A stretch of DNA of 64,000 bases, taken from the NCBI GenBank assembly GCA_002269645.1, contig NIVC01001334.1:247910-311909 (forward strand). The letters run 5' to 3'. Made by a program: the position numbers and the translations under genes. The stretch comes from Macrostomum lignano. Its lineage: Eukaryota. The notes under the pieces were generated by a model that saw only the letters and a list, made by a program, of their open reading frames with translations, made no database searches and was not told the DNA's origin. This document shows positions 12,001-24,129 of the stretch, piece by piece; within the stretch, counting starts at the first letter, position 1; each line of letters begins with the position of its first letter.

Positions 12001-15000
12001 ATTAATAATGCCAACACACTTCATTCATAGTAAAAATAAAACAAATTGTAAACTAGATTTGAAATACGAAATACAATAACCAGACTCACCCGGCAGAGTC
12101 GCGCACGTACCACCACTTTGAATTGGTGCCGTCCACTACTATGTAGCGATTGCCCTGAAGTGCAGCATGGCGTGAGTGAAAGTGCTTTAATAGGCTATGC
12201 ACGTTTTGTAGAGAGATATGATCCCGAATCCCGACTAGACTGAAGGGACTGACCCCGAATTCCGACTATACTGAAAGGATTGATCCCGAATCCCGACTAG
12301 ACTGAAGGACTGATCCCGAATCCCGACTAGACTGAAAGGACTGACCCCGAATCCCGACTAGACTGAAGGACTGATCCCGGATTCTAGGAGGAGGACCCGT
12401 ACGCAAACCCTTCGATTAAAATATCCCAATGCCGCACCTTCTCCAGTTTGAGTTGGTTCTCCCGCATGGGCCGGAAATTGTGGATAGCAACCACCACGTT
12501 GCCACCGACTGGGGGAGCTGCCGCTGTCACACCGGCGGCGTCGCCAAAAACGGCGCCAGAAGCTTCAGTTGAAGCGGCAACTGCTTCAGCTTGCTGCTGC
12601 TGCTGCTGCTGCGGCTGCTGCAGGTTAGACAGAGACCGGCTGTGCGGCGCCAGCGGCTGCCGTCCGGAGCCGTTCTCTTCCAGGGCGCCGGTCGCCGCGG
12701 CGCCATCCGTTGGCATTGCCGGCTGGCAGCCCTGGGCGCGCTTGTCCCCGGCGGCGCAACAGGCGAATCGGCCGGCGCGCCACACGCTCGGGTGATAGGT
12801 TGGCGCGAATCTGGCGCCGCGCGCCACCGCGTGCTGCCTGATGGCCGACAGCCAGGAGTCTCGCTCTGATTGGCTGGGCGCCGTGGCGTACATCGTGTAG
12901 AAAGTGTTGTGCACGTCCTCCACGTAGACAATCTGCAAGCTGCAGGAGTCGCCGGACTGCGGCATCTCCAACTGCTGCTGGCAGTCTAACGCGCCTCGCT
13001 GCACAGTCTCTACGGCCTTCATCAGGGCCAGGAATATGCGGCCTTTCATCTTGTGGCGCGGATTCTAAATTATGAAAATGAATTGTGTCGCTATTACTAA
13101 GAATGGGAATGAATTGTGTCGCTATTTCTAAGAATGGGAATGAATTGTGGCGCTATTTAGAATAGGAATGAATTGTGGCGCTGTTAGGCTTGGGCGGAGC
13201 TTCGCACTGTTTATTATTTGATTGCTTATTCCACTGGTGCTTGTACTTTTGTTCAGTTTGAGTGTACGCGTCAAATTATTATTGTCATCGTGCTCTGATG
13301 TGCAGTGTGGTGAGTTTTAGTCCTGGGTTGGGGGGTTGTCGCAGGCTCGTGCTTTATCGTTGATAATAAATATTTTCGCACTGAGCATTGGCTCAGAGCT
13401 ATCGTTTTCTCGTCTCATAGCAATTGCTCGCCTTGGCTTGTCATTTCCAACATTTTGGCGTCGCAAGCAGGATTGCATGCATGTCTATCAAGCTACGAGA
13501 CCCACTGCCACTGGAAAGCATTGAAGAGCTGCGGGTGAAACGAAAAATTTATATGGGTTTTCCCATATTATCGTTTCCTTCTGCCAACAGTTCAGGAAGA
13601 CAACGAACAATGGACCTCGATGGTAACTTTCTCTTTGTGATCTCTAGAGTCACATTCACAAACTTCAGGCGAGGATCTTTCCTCTTCAATCAGCATATTT
13701 TATAAGCTAGCACACTGTACGCGAGCAACGAGGAATAGGAGCAGTAGGGAGAGAGAGTGGGATTTCGATGCCCAATAGGCATTGTCGGTCAGAGGTTGTG
13801 CATGCATCACGCGAGGGTCGCATGGCTGGGCTTCTTGCTCGCCGATCATCAGGACTATTTTTAGGCATGCAGATCTTGTGCATCTGGGGAGTTGCTGCCA
13901 AGGCTGGATGCTTGTTCACGCATCACGCGCGTGTCGGCTGATTTCTCCCATCCTCTTGCTAACGGCGCCTTCGTTTCACTTCACGGGCATGGGTCGAAGT
14001 CTTCGATGCTCAGGCGAGGTCAAAAGGAGTGCAGGACACCGACGGCAACCTGGCACTGACAGACGCTTTTCTGGGCTGTCTGGGCGTGGCTCAGCTAATC
14101 AAAGTGAAGCAGCTGGTGGCACCGAGCCAGCTTTCTAAGATGAAGTGGGCCGACATCAAAGCGTGCCTGATTCGATTTCTGGAACCCAAGAAAAGGCTGC
14201 TGATTTCGGAGCGGGTGGCCTTCATGTCCATGCGCCAGGGCGAGGGTGAGAGCATCACCGGCTTCGCTGCCCGTCTTCGAGAACAGGCAGTGGTGTGCGA
14301 GTTCGAGAAGCTGAAGGACGAGGATGTAAACCCAGCAGAGCAGCTGATCAAAATGCGACTGATTGCTGGCCTCAGAAATCAAGACATCAGAAGCAAAGTG
14401 CTCGAACGTGAGGTTTCTTCGGAGCTTTCGGTGGACCAGATTTCAGACTATGTGCAGCAGCTACAGATGGTGAGCACCTTCTTGACTGGACCGCTGACTG
14501 TGTTAGGCCAGGCTCAAGTTGGTTCAGCGGTGCACCAGACGGCGCCTAGCCATGATGCGCCATGCCAGGACCTTGAAGACGCGGCCGGTGTCAATACGTG
14601 GAGAAGTCGAGAACCGAATGTGAGTGGAAGCCAGATGTGCCAGCGCTGCGGCCAGAAGTCTCATCGCAAGTCAACTGACTGCTGGGCGCTGAAAGCCACC
14701 TGTCGTCAGTGCGGAAAACTCGGACACTTTGCCCGAGTCTGCAGGAGCGCCAAAACTCACTTCGCCGCAGAAAAAGCAATGTCTGCAGATTCTACCAGTT
14801 ATGAGCCCGTCTTCTACTGCGGTGAGGGCACCCCGGCTGCTTTCTGCATGGTCAAGATCAACGGCAAGCAGGTGAAGATGGAGAAGGATAGCGGTGCGGC
14901 GTGCTCACTGATATCAAGAAAGATCTGGGAGGATCTTGGCAGACCGCCACTGAAATCGGCGAAGTCCCGGATGCTGACCTACGACGGTCATGTGATGAAG

Positions 15001-18000
15001 CAGCTCGGCATCCTGGAGTGCCTGGTGGAGACTGACGGCACGGACGGTCGCTTCATTGCCGCTGAGTTGCCTGTCATCGACTGCCAGCAAAAGTTTGGAC
15101 TGCTAGGCCGGGATTTGCTCAACTCGCTGCCAGCTCACCATTCTGATGAGGCCAAGGCACCCAGCAGCAACAGATATGAGAGCTTACTGGGTATTAAGGG
15201 AGCAGTCGGAGAGATTCGGTTGAAGACAGGAGCCGGGCCGATCTTCCAGCCAGCCAGAGAGCTGCCATTGGCGCTGCGTCCGTTAGTAAAAAAGGAGCTG
15301 GACTTGATGGAGAAGGCGGGAATAGTCGAGAGGGTGACATCGTCGGAGTGGGGCAGCCCGATTGTGGTGACGGTGAAGTCGGACAAGGCGTCAGTGAGGA
15401 TTTGCGGAGATTACACAGCAGTCAATCAGTGGGTGCAGGATCAGACATACCTGACTCCATCAATAGAGACAGCGTTTTCCAAGATGGCCAACAAGAAGCT
15501 GTTCTGCCGTCTTGACCTTTCTGATGCCTATTATCAAATACCGCTGGAGAATGAGTCTAAAGACATCACCACCATCAACACTCCATTTGGCTGTTATCGC
15601 TTCAATAGGCTGCCGTACGGCATCAAGGTCTCTCCGTCTGTGTTCCAGCGGGAGATGGAGAAGCTGTTAAGCGAACATCCAGGTGTCATTGTGTATCAGG
15701 ATGACGTCCTCATGGGCGCGGTGACGAAGACAGAGTTGGTGAACATTCGCACAGGAATACTCGACAAGTTGAGAGCGCAAATGTTAAAGTCAATGAAGCA
15801 AAGTGCATCATGGAAGCACCCAGTTTGAAGTTCCTTGCCCACATAATAGATGAGGAAGGGATCAAGCCAGATCCTGGCATGGTTCAACGGATTCAAGACG
15901 TGGAACCTCCAAAGAACAAGAAGGACCTCGAGCGGTTTCTGGGACTGGCCCAGTTCTACGGTCGGTTGGTCCCCAATTTTGCTGAGAAGTGCCGGCCTTT
16001 GCAGGAACTTCGCCAGGCGGACCGGGTGTTCGAGTGGAGTTCTGTGGCTGAAGCTGCGTTTGCCTGTGTGAAGCAGAGCCTGAGTTCGAATCCGTGCGTG
16101 AAACCATTTGATGTCAGCTCTCCTGTCTGTCTACGCGTGGATGCTAGTGAGCAGTCATTGGTTACTGTTCTGGTGCAGTCAGGTCATCCGGTTATGTACC
16201 TGTCACGTGCTCTGACGAAGTCTGAAGCAAATTACTCGAACATTGAGAGAGAGGCCCTTGCAATTGTTTGGGCAGTGAAGAGAGCTCGCAAGATGCTGCT
16301 AGGCAAGAGGCTTACTCTCCAGACCGACCATGAGCCGCTAAAGTATATTTTCAATCCGAGCAAAAACCTTCCCAAAACGGTGTCAGAAAGACTAATGCGC
16401 TGGGCTTTGAGACTGTCGGCTTTCGATTACGTGGTCGAGTACGTGCCTGGGAGGTTGATGACGGATGCTGATGCTTTGTCACGTTTGAGCTTTTCCGAGC
16501 AAGATGCACAGAATGATTTAATTCACCAGCTGGAGTCTGAGGTCGTCACTGAAGGGGCTCTGGTGACCTTGCAAGAGCTACGTGAAGGAACTCGGAGGTG
16601 TTCGTTGTTGACACGGCTCCGGCAGAGAATCAGAACCGGCAGGTGGGGCCAGGTGTCGCAGGTGGAGAGACCGTACAAGGCGTGTCGTGAGGCTCTGTCA
16701 GTCGAAAATGGCCTGGTGATCCATGGAACCAGAATTGTGCCGCCACCCATTCTCCGCAGGCGCATCCTGGAGGCGGCCCATGACGAAGTACACCCGAGTG
16801 CTGACAACACCAAGGCGCACATCTCCAAGGAATTCTGGTGGCCTGGCCTGGATCGCGAGGTGCGGAATTTTGTGGAGCGCTGTCCGCAGTGCTCAGAAAC
16901 TCGACCGGTGCTTCAGCGGAAAATCGACATCTGGCCAGCCGAGAGTGAGCCATGGGTGCGAGTTCACATGGACCACTGTGAGATCTCTGGTGCAGGGCTG
17001 CTCCTGCTGTTGTCCGACTCCTATTCAGGGTGGCCTGAGGCGATTCAGGTGCCTGATTGATCTGCAGAAAGTGTTCTGCGTGTTCTAAGAGCGGTTTTTG
17101 CGAGAAATGGAGTGCCTCAGACGCTGGTGTCGGACAATGCGCCGGAGTTCAAGTCGGAGAAGGTCTCGCAGTGGCTGCGCAGCATTGGTTGTCGTGAACT
17201 GCACACCCCGCCGTATCATCCCGCCTCGAATGGTCAAGCTGAGAGACTGGTGCGAATCATTAAGGATGGTCTCAGAGCGTGGACTAAGGTGGTGCCGTTC
17301 GACCACTTTCTGCAAAAGCTGTTGCTGACGATAAGGACCAGCCGGCCAAGCGGCAATCGCGCAGCCTCTCCAGACATCCTCATGTGGGGCCGTCGGCTTC
17401 GACACCCGCTGACAATGACGGAGCAAGCTGGCGATCCAATCTGGCTGAGGATGCGACCTGGAACTCCTCCGGTGCCAGCCAAGTTCGTGGTGCAGCATGG
17501 CCTGAACACGGCGCTCGTCACTCCGGCCGATCAGCCTGGCGGTGGCTTGCGGCTGGCGCACTCAAATCAGTGGACCGGCCGGCCAGACTCTCCTAAGCGG
17601 CTTGAGACACCTGAACCCGATGGTGCGCTGACTGACCCAGTGGTGGCCATGGAAGACGACCCGCGGCTCGACCTGGAGCGCCAGGAGCCTGGAAACATTT
17701 GCCACCGGGAGCCGTACGAGTTTCGCCCTCGGCAGCCTGTTTGCTACAAGGACTGATGAGTGATATTGACTGTGGGGATTTCATGTGACTGTCTTTGACT
17801 TTTGTTTGCTTTTTGTGGGGAGCAGTGTTAGGCTTGGGCGGAGCTTCGCACTGTTTATTATTTGATTGCTTATTCCACTGGTGCTTGTACTTTTGTTCAG
17901 TTTGAGTGTACGCGTCAAATTATTATTGTCATCGTGCTCTGATGTGCAGTGTGGTGAGTTTTAGTCCTGGGTTGGGGGGTTGTCGCAGGCTCGTGCTTTA

Positions 18001-19027
18001 TCGCTGATAATAAATAGTTTCGCACTGAGCATTGGCTCAGAGCTATCGTTTTCTCGTCTCATAGCAATTGCTCGCCTTGGCTTGTCATTTCCAACAGGCG
18101 CTATTTCTAAGAATGGGAATGAATTGTGGCGCTATTTCTAAGAATGGGAATGAATTGTGGCGCTATTTCTAAGAATGGGAATGAATTGGGGCGCTATTTC
18201 TAAGAATAGGAATGAATTGTGTCGTTATTTCTAAGAATGGGAATGAATTGTGGCGCTATTTCTAAGAATGGGAATGAATTGTGTCGTTATTTCTAAGAAT
18301 GGGAATGAATTGTGGCGCTATTTCTAAGAATGGGAATGAATTGTGGCGCTATTTCTAAGAATGGGAATGAATTGTGGCGCTATTTCTAAGAATGGGAATG
18401 AATTAGGGCGCTATTTCTAAGAATAGGAATGAATTGTGTCGTTATTTCTAAGAATGAGAATGAATTGTGGCGCTATTTCTAAGAATGGGAATGAATTGTG
18501 TCGCTATTTCTAAGAATAGGAATGAATTGTGGCGCTATTTCTAAGAATGGGAATGAATTGTGTCGCTATTTCTAAGAATAGGAATGAATTGTGGCGCTAT
18601 TTCTAAGAATGGGAATGAATTGTGGCGCTATTTCTAAAGAATGGGAATGAATTGTGGCGCTTTTTCTGAGAATAGGAATGAATTGTGGCGCTATTTAGAA
18701 TGGGAATGAATTGTGGCGCTATTTCTAAGAATTGGAATGAAGTATGTCGCAGATTTAAAAGAATTGAAATGAATGAAGTGCAAAAAATGACAAAATGACT
18801 TGGCACTGATCTTGCCAATAAATCTTGGTCATTAAATGCATATGATGCAATACTTGTGATTAAAATGAATCCCTTACCTCATCCGAAGGCTCAAAGTACT
18901 GCAGACTCATGGGCGACAGCACAAAGAATCTGCGCTTGTAATTGTCCCTGGTGAAAAAGTGCCGGTTCTGCGACTTTTTCAATAGGAAGCCGGACTTCAC
19001 TTCCAGATTGGAGGCGATTCGCTCCAT
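9040..19027 (-). CDS. Tec: Tec/Btk-family non-receptor tyrosine kinase (PH-BTK motif-SH3-SH2-kinase), 8 coding exons, ~697 aa
   Basis: GT-AG exons in consistent phase: 19027-18878 (PH: [19 protein letters not shown]), 13064-12438 (PH, BTK Zn motif [15 protein letters not shown]), 12154-12090 and 11985-11926 (SH3: KWWYV..GYIPTNY), 11284-11141 and 11055-10928 (SH2: [13 protein letters not shown]), 10129-9603 ([20 protein letters not shown]), 9432-9040 ([20 protein letters not shown]). Total 2094 nt. Confidence 0.93.
10178..10760. repeat. 17-bp minisatellite (ATTACTGTGTGAATGYG) in a Tec intron
   Basis: Direct inspection. Confidence 0.95.
11385..11880. repeat. Degenerate ~27-bp CT-rich minisatellite in a Tec intron
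   Basis: TCTCTACCTACCTTATCTACTTCTCAG units. Confidence 0.85.
12217..12382. repeat. ~30-bp minisatellite in a Tec intron
   Basis: TGATCCCGAATCCCGACTAGACTGAAGGAC, ~5 copies. Confidence 0.85.
13182..13452 (+). repeat. 5' LTR (271 bp)
   Basis: TGTTAGGC...TTCCAACA; 2 substitutions relative to the 3' LTR by manual comparison. Confidence 0.95.
13456..13474 (+). promoter_or_regulatory. Primer-binding site complementary to a tRNA 3' end (probably tRNA-Ser)
   Basis: TGGCGTCGCAAGCAGGATT begins 3 nt after the LTR; its reverse complement AATCCTGCTTGCGACGCCA has CCA, a G discriminator and a T-arm-like ATCCTGC. Confidence 0.7.
14029..17756 (+). pseudogene. gag-pol polyprotein with a 1-nt frameshift (~15775) and an in-frame TGA (17058-17060)
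   Basis: CCHC knuckle [14 protein letters not shown], protease DSGA, RT YQDD, RNase H (DAS..E.EALAI..TDH), integrase H..H..C..C plus D,D-35-E core. Split across ORFs 14029-15828, 15810-17060 and the same-frame continuation to 17756. Confidence 0.92.
17826..18096 (+). repeat. 3' LTR (271 bp), preceded by polypurine tract GGGGAGCAG (17817-17825)
   Basis: Near-identical direct repeat of 13182-13452. Confidence 0.95.
18097..18745. repeat. 31-bp minisatellite (GAATGGGAATGAATTGTGGCGCTATTTCTAA); the left part at 13080-13181 is split off by the LTR element
   Basis: The same unit occurs on both sides of the retroelement. Confidence 0.95.
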
Positions 19028-21084
19028 TGCTGCAGAACTCCGCCTGGAGCAGCTATAAATGGGTTAAGAAGCCATAATTAAGATGCAGGAGTATTAATTT
19101 AATATTCCATAGTTTATTATGGCTACAGCTACAATACAGCTTTGTTACCCATGACAAAATGGGCACCCTATAGTAGTAAATTTTACAGTTTACATTTAAA
19201 TTTTAACACTTTGCTTTGTGCTTCCAAAAATACTTTATTTGTGTTAAACAGTTTTTTATCTTCAAATTTCAAAACTGCACTTATCTGCTAGATTTACAGT
19301 CAGTCAATATGTATTGTGGAAGTAGGCCAACTAATAAATATACAAAATTGCAAAAAACCTAAAAAATGCATACCAAGTAAATATTCTAAACAAATAAGTG
19401 ATTGATGTGTTAATCATTTAAGCCTATTAAGAAAATAAATGGCTAAACTTTCAGTCTATTTGATAAACAGACTGAATTTCACTATGACACTAGTTTTTAT
19501 TTCTATTTCCATTTAGCAATATATGAGTAGAATTTCCTGTGCCTAGGCTAATATCAAAATATTTATGACAAGACCACAAAAGGACTAAAATGACAAATTA
19601 GCACTTTAAATTGCAAAAATTGCAAAAATTACATAAGTTAAATCATATATAAACAGCCAAAGGTATAGGCCTAGCCCTATTTATACAAATGATCTAAAAA
19701 TAACTTATAGACTATAGATTTATTTAGAATGAATCTTTGTTTTTTTTATAATAGAAACAGTTTATTAGAATTTACTTTGACATAATTACTTACAAAATCA
19801 ATCCTAAATTAGGCCTATCCTAACCATTTTTAAAAGCAGGAAGATAGGAAAAGGCCCCTAAAAAAAGGCTATAGCTGATCTAATGAACTTTAATACTCAT
19901 TTTATATAAGTGTTCCTGCCATCCCTCAGGCCTTATTATGCTAATAAACCCACAATGCATTTGAATAGTCAAGGTGACATTGACATAAGACTAGTCCTAT
20001 ATACTTAAAACATTTTTGAGACCAATCTAAAAATAAGAACTATTTATTAAGTCCAAAGAGTAGGGGGTCACCACATATTCTATACTCCAGATCATGTTAG
20101 CTACATGCCAGAATGTATACCAGAGTTTTTTGTTTATATACCTACTACACACCATGCTTATTGGCTACATGCCATGCACACCATTGACAATAATTAACAA
20201 TAGGCCTATAAACAAAAACAGAAAAATATATTCAAACATTGTTTCAAAAAATGCAAAAGAAAAAACAAAGCTTAAAAAATTTGTAACCATAGGCATAAGC
20301 ATTAAGATCATCATAGGCCCTACCATATTCTATGCCATCAAGCTAAGGGCCTAGCCTATTCCACAGCATAGTATCCACACTCAGGAAAGTATAAATTATG
20401 GCGGAAAATTCCGGTGCACATCAACAAAAAATGTGCGCAAAGTGGCGCATACAGTGCATAACAAAGGCTTAGCAGAAGTTTTTAGCATACAGTGGCAAAC
20501 CTGATCAGAAAAATTTAGCTCACAATGAGTTATCTAAATGTATAATCTGTATATGCAATGCGTAAAATATGCTTTAAGATTACATTTTTTAAGCATATCA
20601 ATAAAAAATTGTTTCTTGGTAAGTGAAACAAATAATAAAACTCAAAATAGGATTTTACCGTAAAGTTAAAGCTATTTCTTTTGATAATTTTCTACATGAG
20701 CTAAAATAAAGCAAAAGTTTTGAGTTGAAAAAAAGCCTACATAAGGTACAAAAAATTTTTCCATTTTTTAGTTTTGTTTTAATTGGACTTATACCAAGTT
20801 TTTAGTGCTATAGCACATTAGTACTCTAGCTATGTATTTGTCAATAAATGAATGTAGACCTTGGCACACAAATTCATATTTTAGCTTTGCACACAGTGCA
20901 CACTCCAAAAATACACTGAAATATATTCCTGCGCACATATGACACCTTCCTGAGTATGGCATAGTATGCCACTAGGCCATATACCCAAATGCACACCAAG
21001 TTACCAATACATGCCAAATTTTTTTGGCCAAACCAAAATGCATGCGAGAAATTTCTGGCATGATGTATACCTTCCAAACTATAG

Positions 21085-21265
21085 CATATACCCTCAATTA
21101 TCCCAGCTAATACTAGGCCTAATACCTATTTTACAACTAGCTAGATGAACTGAAATAATGCAAAGTTAAGCATTTTGCTCAAGGATAGGCCTACAAAGTA
21201 AAATTGTTCCAAGTAGATTAAGAGTCAATCATCTAACTCTCAAGTTGTGAGTCCAATGCTCTAAG
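21085..21265 (+). mobile_element. Degenerate copy of the L2/MIR-like interspersed repeat also seen at 51994-52131
   Basis: Shared ACCCTCAATT..CCCAGCTAAT..ATTTTACAACT..GATGAACTGAA..AATGCA.AGTTAAG..TTGCTCAAGGA. Confidence 0.6.
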
Positions 21266-21727
21266 GTTATTGGTCAGATTGGTTCCAACTGAAGTCATCA
21301 TATTCAAGATCGTGACATCGTCATCTGTGGCTTACAAGAAAAACAACCAAAATTATCTAAATTGTCATCTTATTTCAGTATTAGACAATGCTGCATTCAC
21401 TAAATTGTCATATTGTGTTGCATTGGCTATGCAAGGATCTTAGCTCATGGCAGCAATTGCGTGTTCTTGTTTGCCAACAAATTAAAATGATTTATAGTGT
21501 ATAACTAGCAATCTACGCCCCCCGTTGGGGAGCCAAAGAAATGCAATACACGTTTTTTTAATAAGCTACATGTATCCTTGAAATCTTAAACAAATCTCCT
21601 GTCAAACCTTGTAAGCCTTGACATGTCAGTAATTCCCCCCCACAAGCTTTAACTTATCAACTTCCCCCCTTGACATCACAGCAATGCCCCCAATAAGCCT
21701 TGAAGTCTAAAAAAATCTGTCAACCTT

Positions 21728-21791
21728 CTAACCCTAACCCTAGCCTAACCCTAACCCTAGCCCTAACCCTAACCCTAACCCTAACCTAACA
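21728..21791. repeat. Short interstitial telomere-like (CCCTAA)n tract
   Basis: ~10 imperfect CCCTAA units. Confidence 0.75.
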
Positions 21792-22689
21792 TTGAAATTT
21801 CAGTAATTCTCTCTAAGAGTCATTATAGCACTACTACAGCATTATAGCGCTTCCCTGCAAGCCTCGACATCGTAGGGATTCCCAAATGAATCTCTTAACT
21901 TTGACATGAAGCTTCTTTTATTTTTACATTACGCTTTTTCTATCAGCGAGCCCTGAGGAGTCGACAAATAATGGAATAAAAAGTTTTCAATGAACTACAT
22001 GTAGCTTCTGACTTAAGCCTTGAAATCTTATTTATACCCCCGTGAGCCTTGACATCTCAGCTATTCCCCCCGTAAGCCTTGACATGTCAGCGATGCCCCC
22101 CATAAATCTTGAAATCTAAAAAATCCCTTGTTAACCTTGAAACCCGATAAAATATAACCCTCAACCCAAACTTGACCTAAACCTAACTTTAACCCAACCT
22201 AAAGCCTTGAAATCTCAGCAATTCTTCTCCCCTAAGCCTTGGAATTTTAGTGATTCCTTCTTTAAGAATCACAGCACTATAACGATTTCCACCAAGCTTT
22301 GACATCGTAGCAATTCCCAAATGAATCTTTTAACTTCGACACGACTTTTCTTTTATGTATACATAGTGCTACTTTTATTTTTTACATGACTCTTCTTCTA
22401 TCAGCGCCCCCCCGTGGCGAGCCAACAAAGAATGTAATAAAAAATTGAGTAAAGTACATGAACTTTGAAGTAGCTTCTGACTTTTGCTTTGACATCTCAG
22501 AACCCCCCCCCCCGTAATCTCAGTTATTCTCTGAGAGCCTTGACGTCTCAGTTTTTCTCCCCAGCACAGCATTTTAGCTGCATTTAATTTTTCCATGACA
22601 CCTTTCATGTCTGACATGACACTTCTTTTATTCTACCATGATGCTTCTTAATTATTTAAATGACACTTTCATTAGTTTTTAAATGAGGC

Positions 22690-24119
22690 TTCTATGATTT
22701 TTTCTTGACGCTTCTATGATTGTTTACATGACACTTCTATGATTGTTTACATGACGCTTCTATGATTGTTACATGACGCTTCTATGATTGTTTACATGAC
22801 GCTTTTATGATTGTTTACATGACGCTTCTATGATATTTTACATGACGCTTCTACGATTTTTTACATGACGCTTCTATGATTTTTTATATGACGCTTCTAT
22901 GATTGTTTACATGACGCTTCTATGATTTTTTACATGACGCTTCTATGATTGTTTACATGACGCTTCTATGATTTTTAAATGACGCTTCTACGATTTTTAC
23001 ATGACGCTTCTACGATTTTTACATGACGCTTCTATGACTTTTTTAAATGACGCTTCTATGATTTTTATATGACGCTTCTACGATTTTTTACATGACGCTT
23101 CTATGATTGTTTACATGACACTTCTATGATTGTTTACATGACGCTTCTATGATTGTTACATGACGCTTCTATGATTGTTTACATGCATGACGCTTCTCTG
23201 ATTTTTTACATGACGCTTCTATGATTGTTTACATGACGCTTCTATGATTGTTTACATGACGCTTCTATGATTGTTTACATAACGCTTCTATGATTTTTTA
23301 CATGACGCTTCTATGATTTTTTGCATGACGCTTCTACGATTTTTACATGATGCTTCTATGACTTTTTTAAATGACGCTTCTATGATTTTTATATGACGCT
23401 TCTATGATTTTTATATGACGCTTCCCGTCGCTTCTATGATATTTATATGACGCTTCTATGATTTTTTTTATGACGCTTCTATGATTTTTTAAATGACACT
23501 TTTGTGATTGTTTACATGACGCTTCTCTGATTTTTTAAATGACGCTTCTATGATTGTTTACATGGCGCTTCTATGATTGTTTACATGACGCTTCTATGAT
23601 TTTTTAAATGACGCTTCTATGATTTTTTCATGACGCTGCTACGATTTTTTACATGACGCTTCTATGATTGTTTACATGACGCTTCTATGATTGTTTACAT
23701 GACGCTTCTATGATTGTTTACATGACGCTTCTATGATTGTTTACATGACGCTTCTATGATTGTTTACATGACGCTTCTATGATTGTTTACATGACGCTTC
23801 TACGATTGTTTACATGACGCTTCTATGATTGTTTACATGACGCTTCTATGATTTTTTACATGACGCTTCTATGATTGTTTACATGACGCTTCTATGATTG
23901 TTTACATGACGCTTCTATGATTTTTTACATGGCGCTTCTATGATTTTTATATGACGCTTCTATGATTGTTTACATGACGCTTCTATGATTTTTTAAATGA
24001 CGCTTCTATGATTTTTATATGACGCTTCTATGATTTTTTACATGACACTTCTATGATTGTTTACATGACGCTTCTATGATTTTTTACATGACGCTTCTAC
24101 GATTTTTACATGACGCTTC
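22690..24119. repeat. 23-bp minisatellite (ATGACGCTTCTATGATTGTTTAC), ~60 copies
   Basis: Direct inspection. Confidence 0.95.
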
Positions 24120-24129
24120 TTTTTAAAAA

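Larger units (their letters stand above)
13182..18096 (+). mobile_element. Full-length Ty3/gypsy LTR retrotransposon inserted antisense in Tec intron 1
   Basis: TG...CA LTRs at 13182-13452 and 17826-18096; 5-bp TSD GGCGC at 13177-13181 and 18097-18101; PBS and PPT present; domain order gag-PR-RT-RH-INT. Confidence 0.97.

Noticed and set aside
15765-15830. Programmed ribosomal frameshift in the retroelement
   Set aside because: It falls within RT rather than at the gag-pol boundary and there is no slippery heptamer; a simple deletion or sequencing error is more likely.
19037-19053. 17-bp identity (ACTCCGCCTGGAGCAGC) with 32553-32569, both near acceptor-like sites
   Set aside because: The two sites would be used on opposite strands and the match does not extend; probably chance.
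21728-21791. True telomere or chromosome end
   Set aside because: Only about 60 bp, imperfect and internal.
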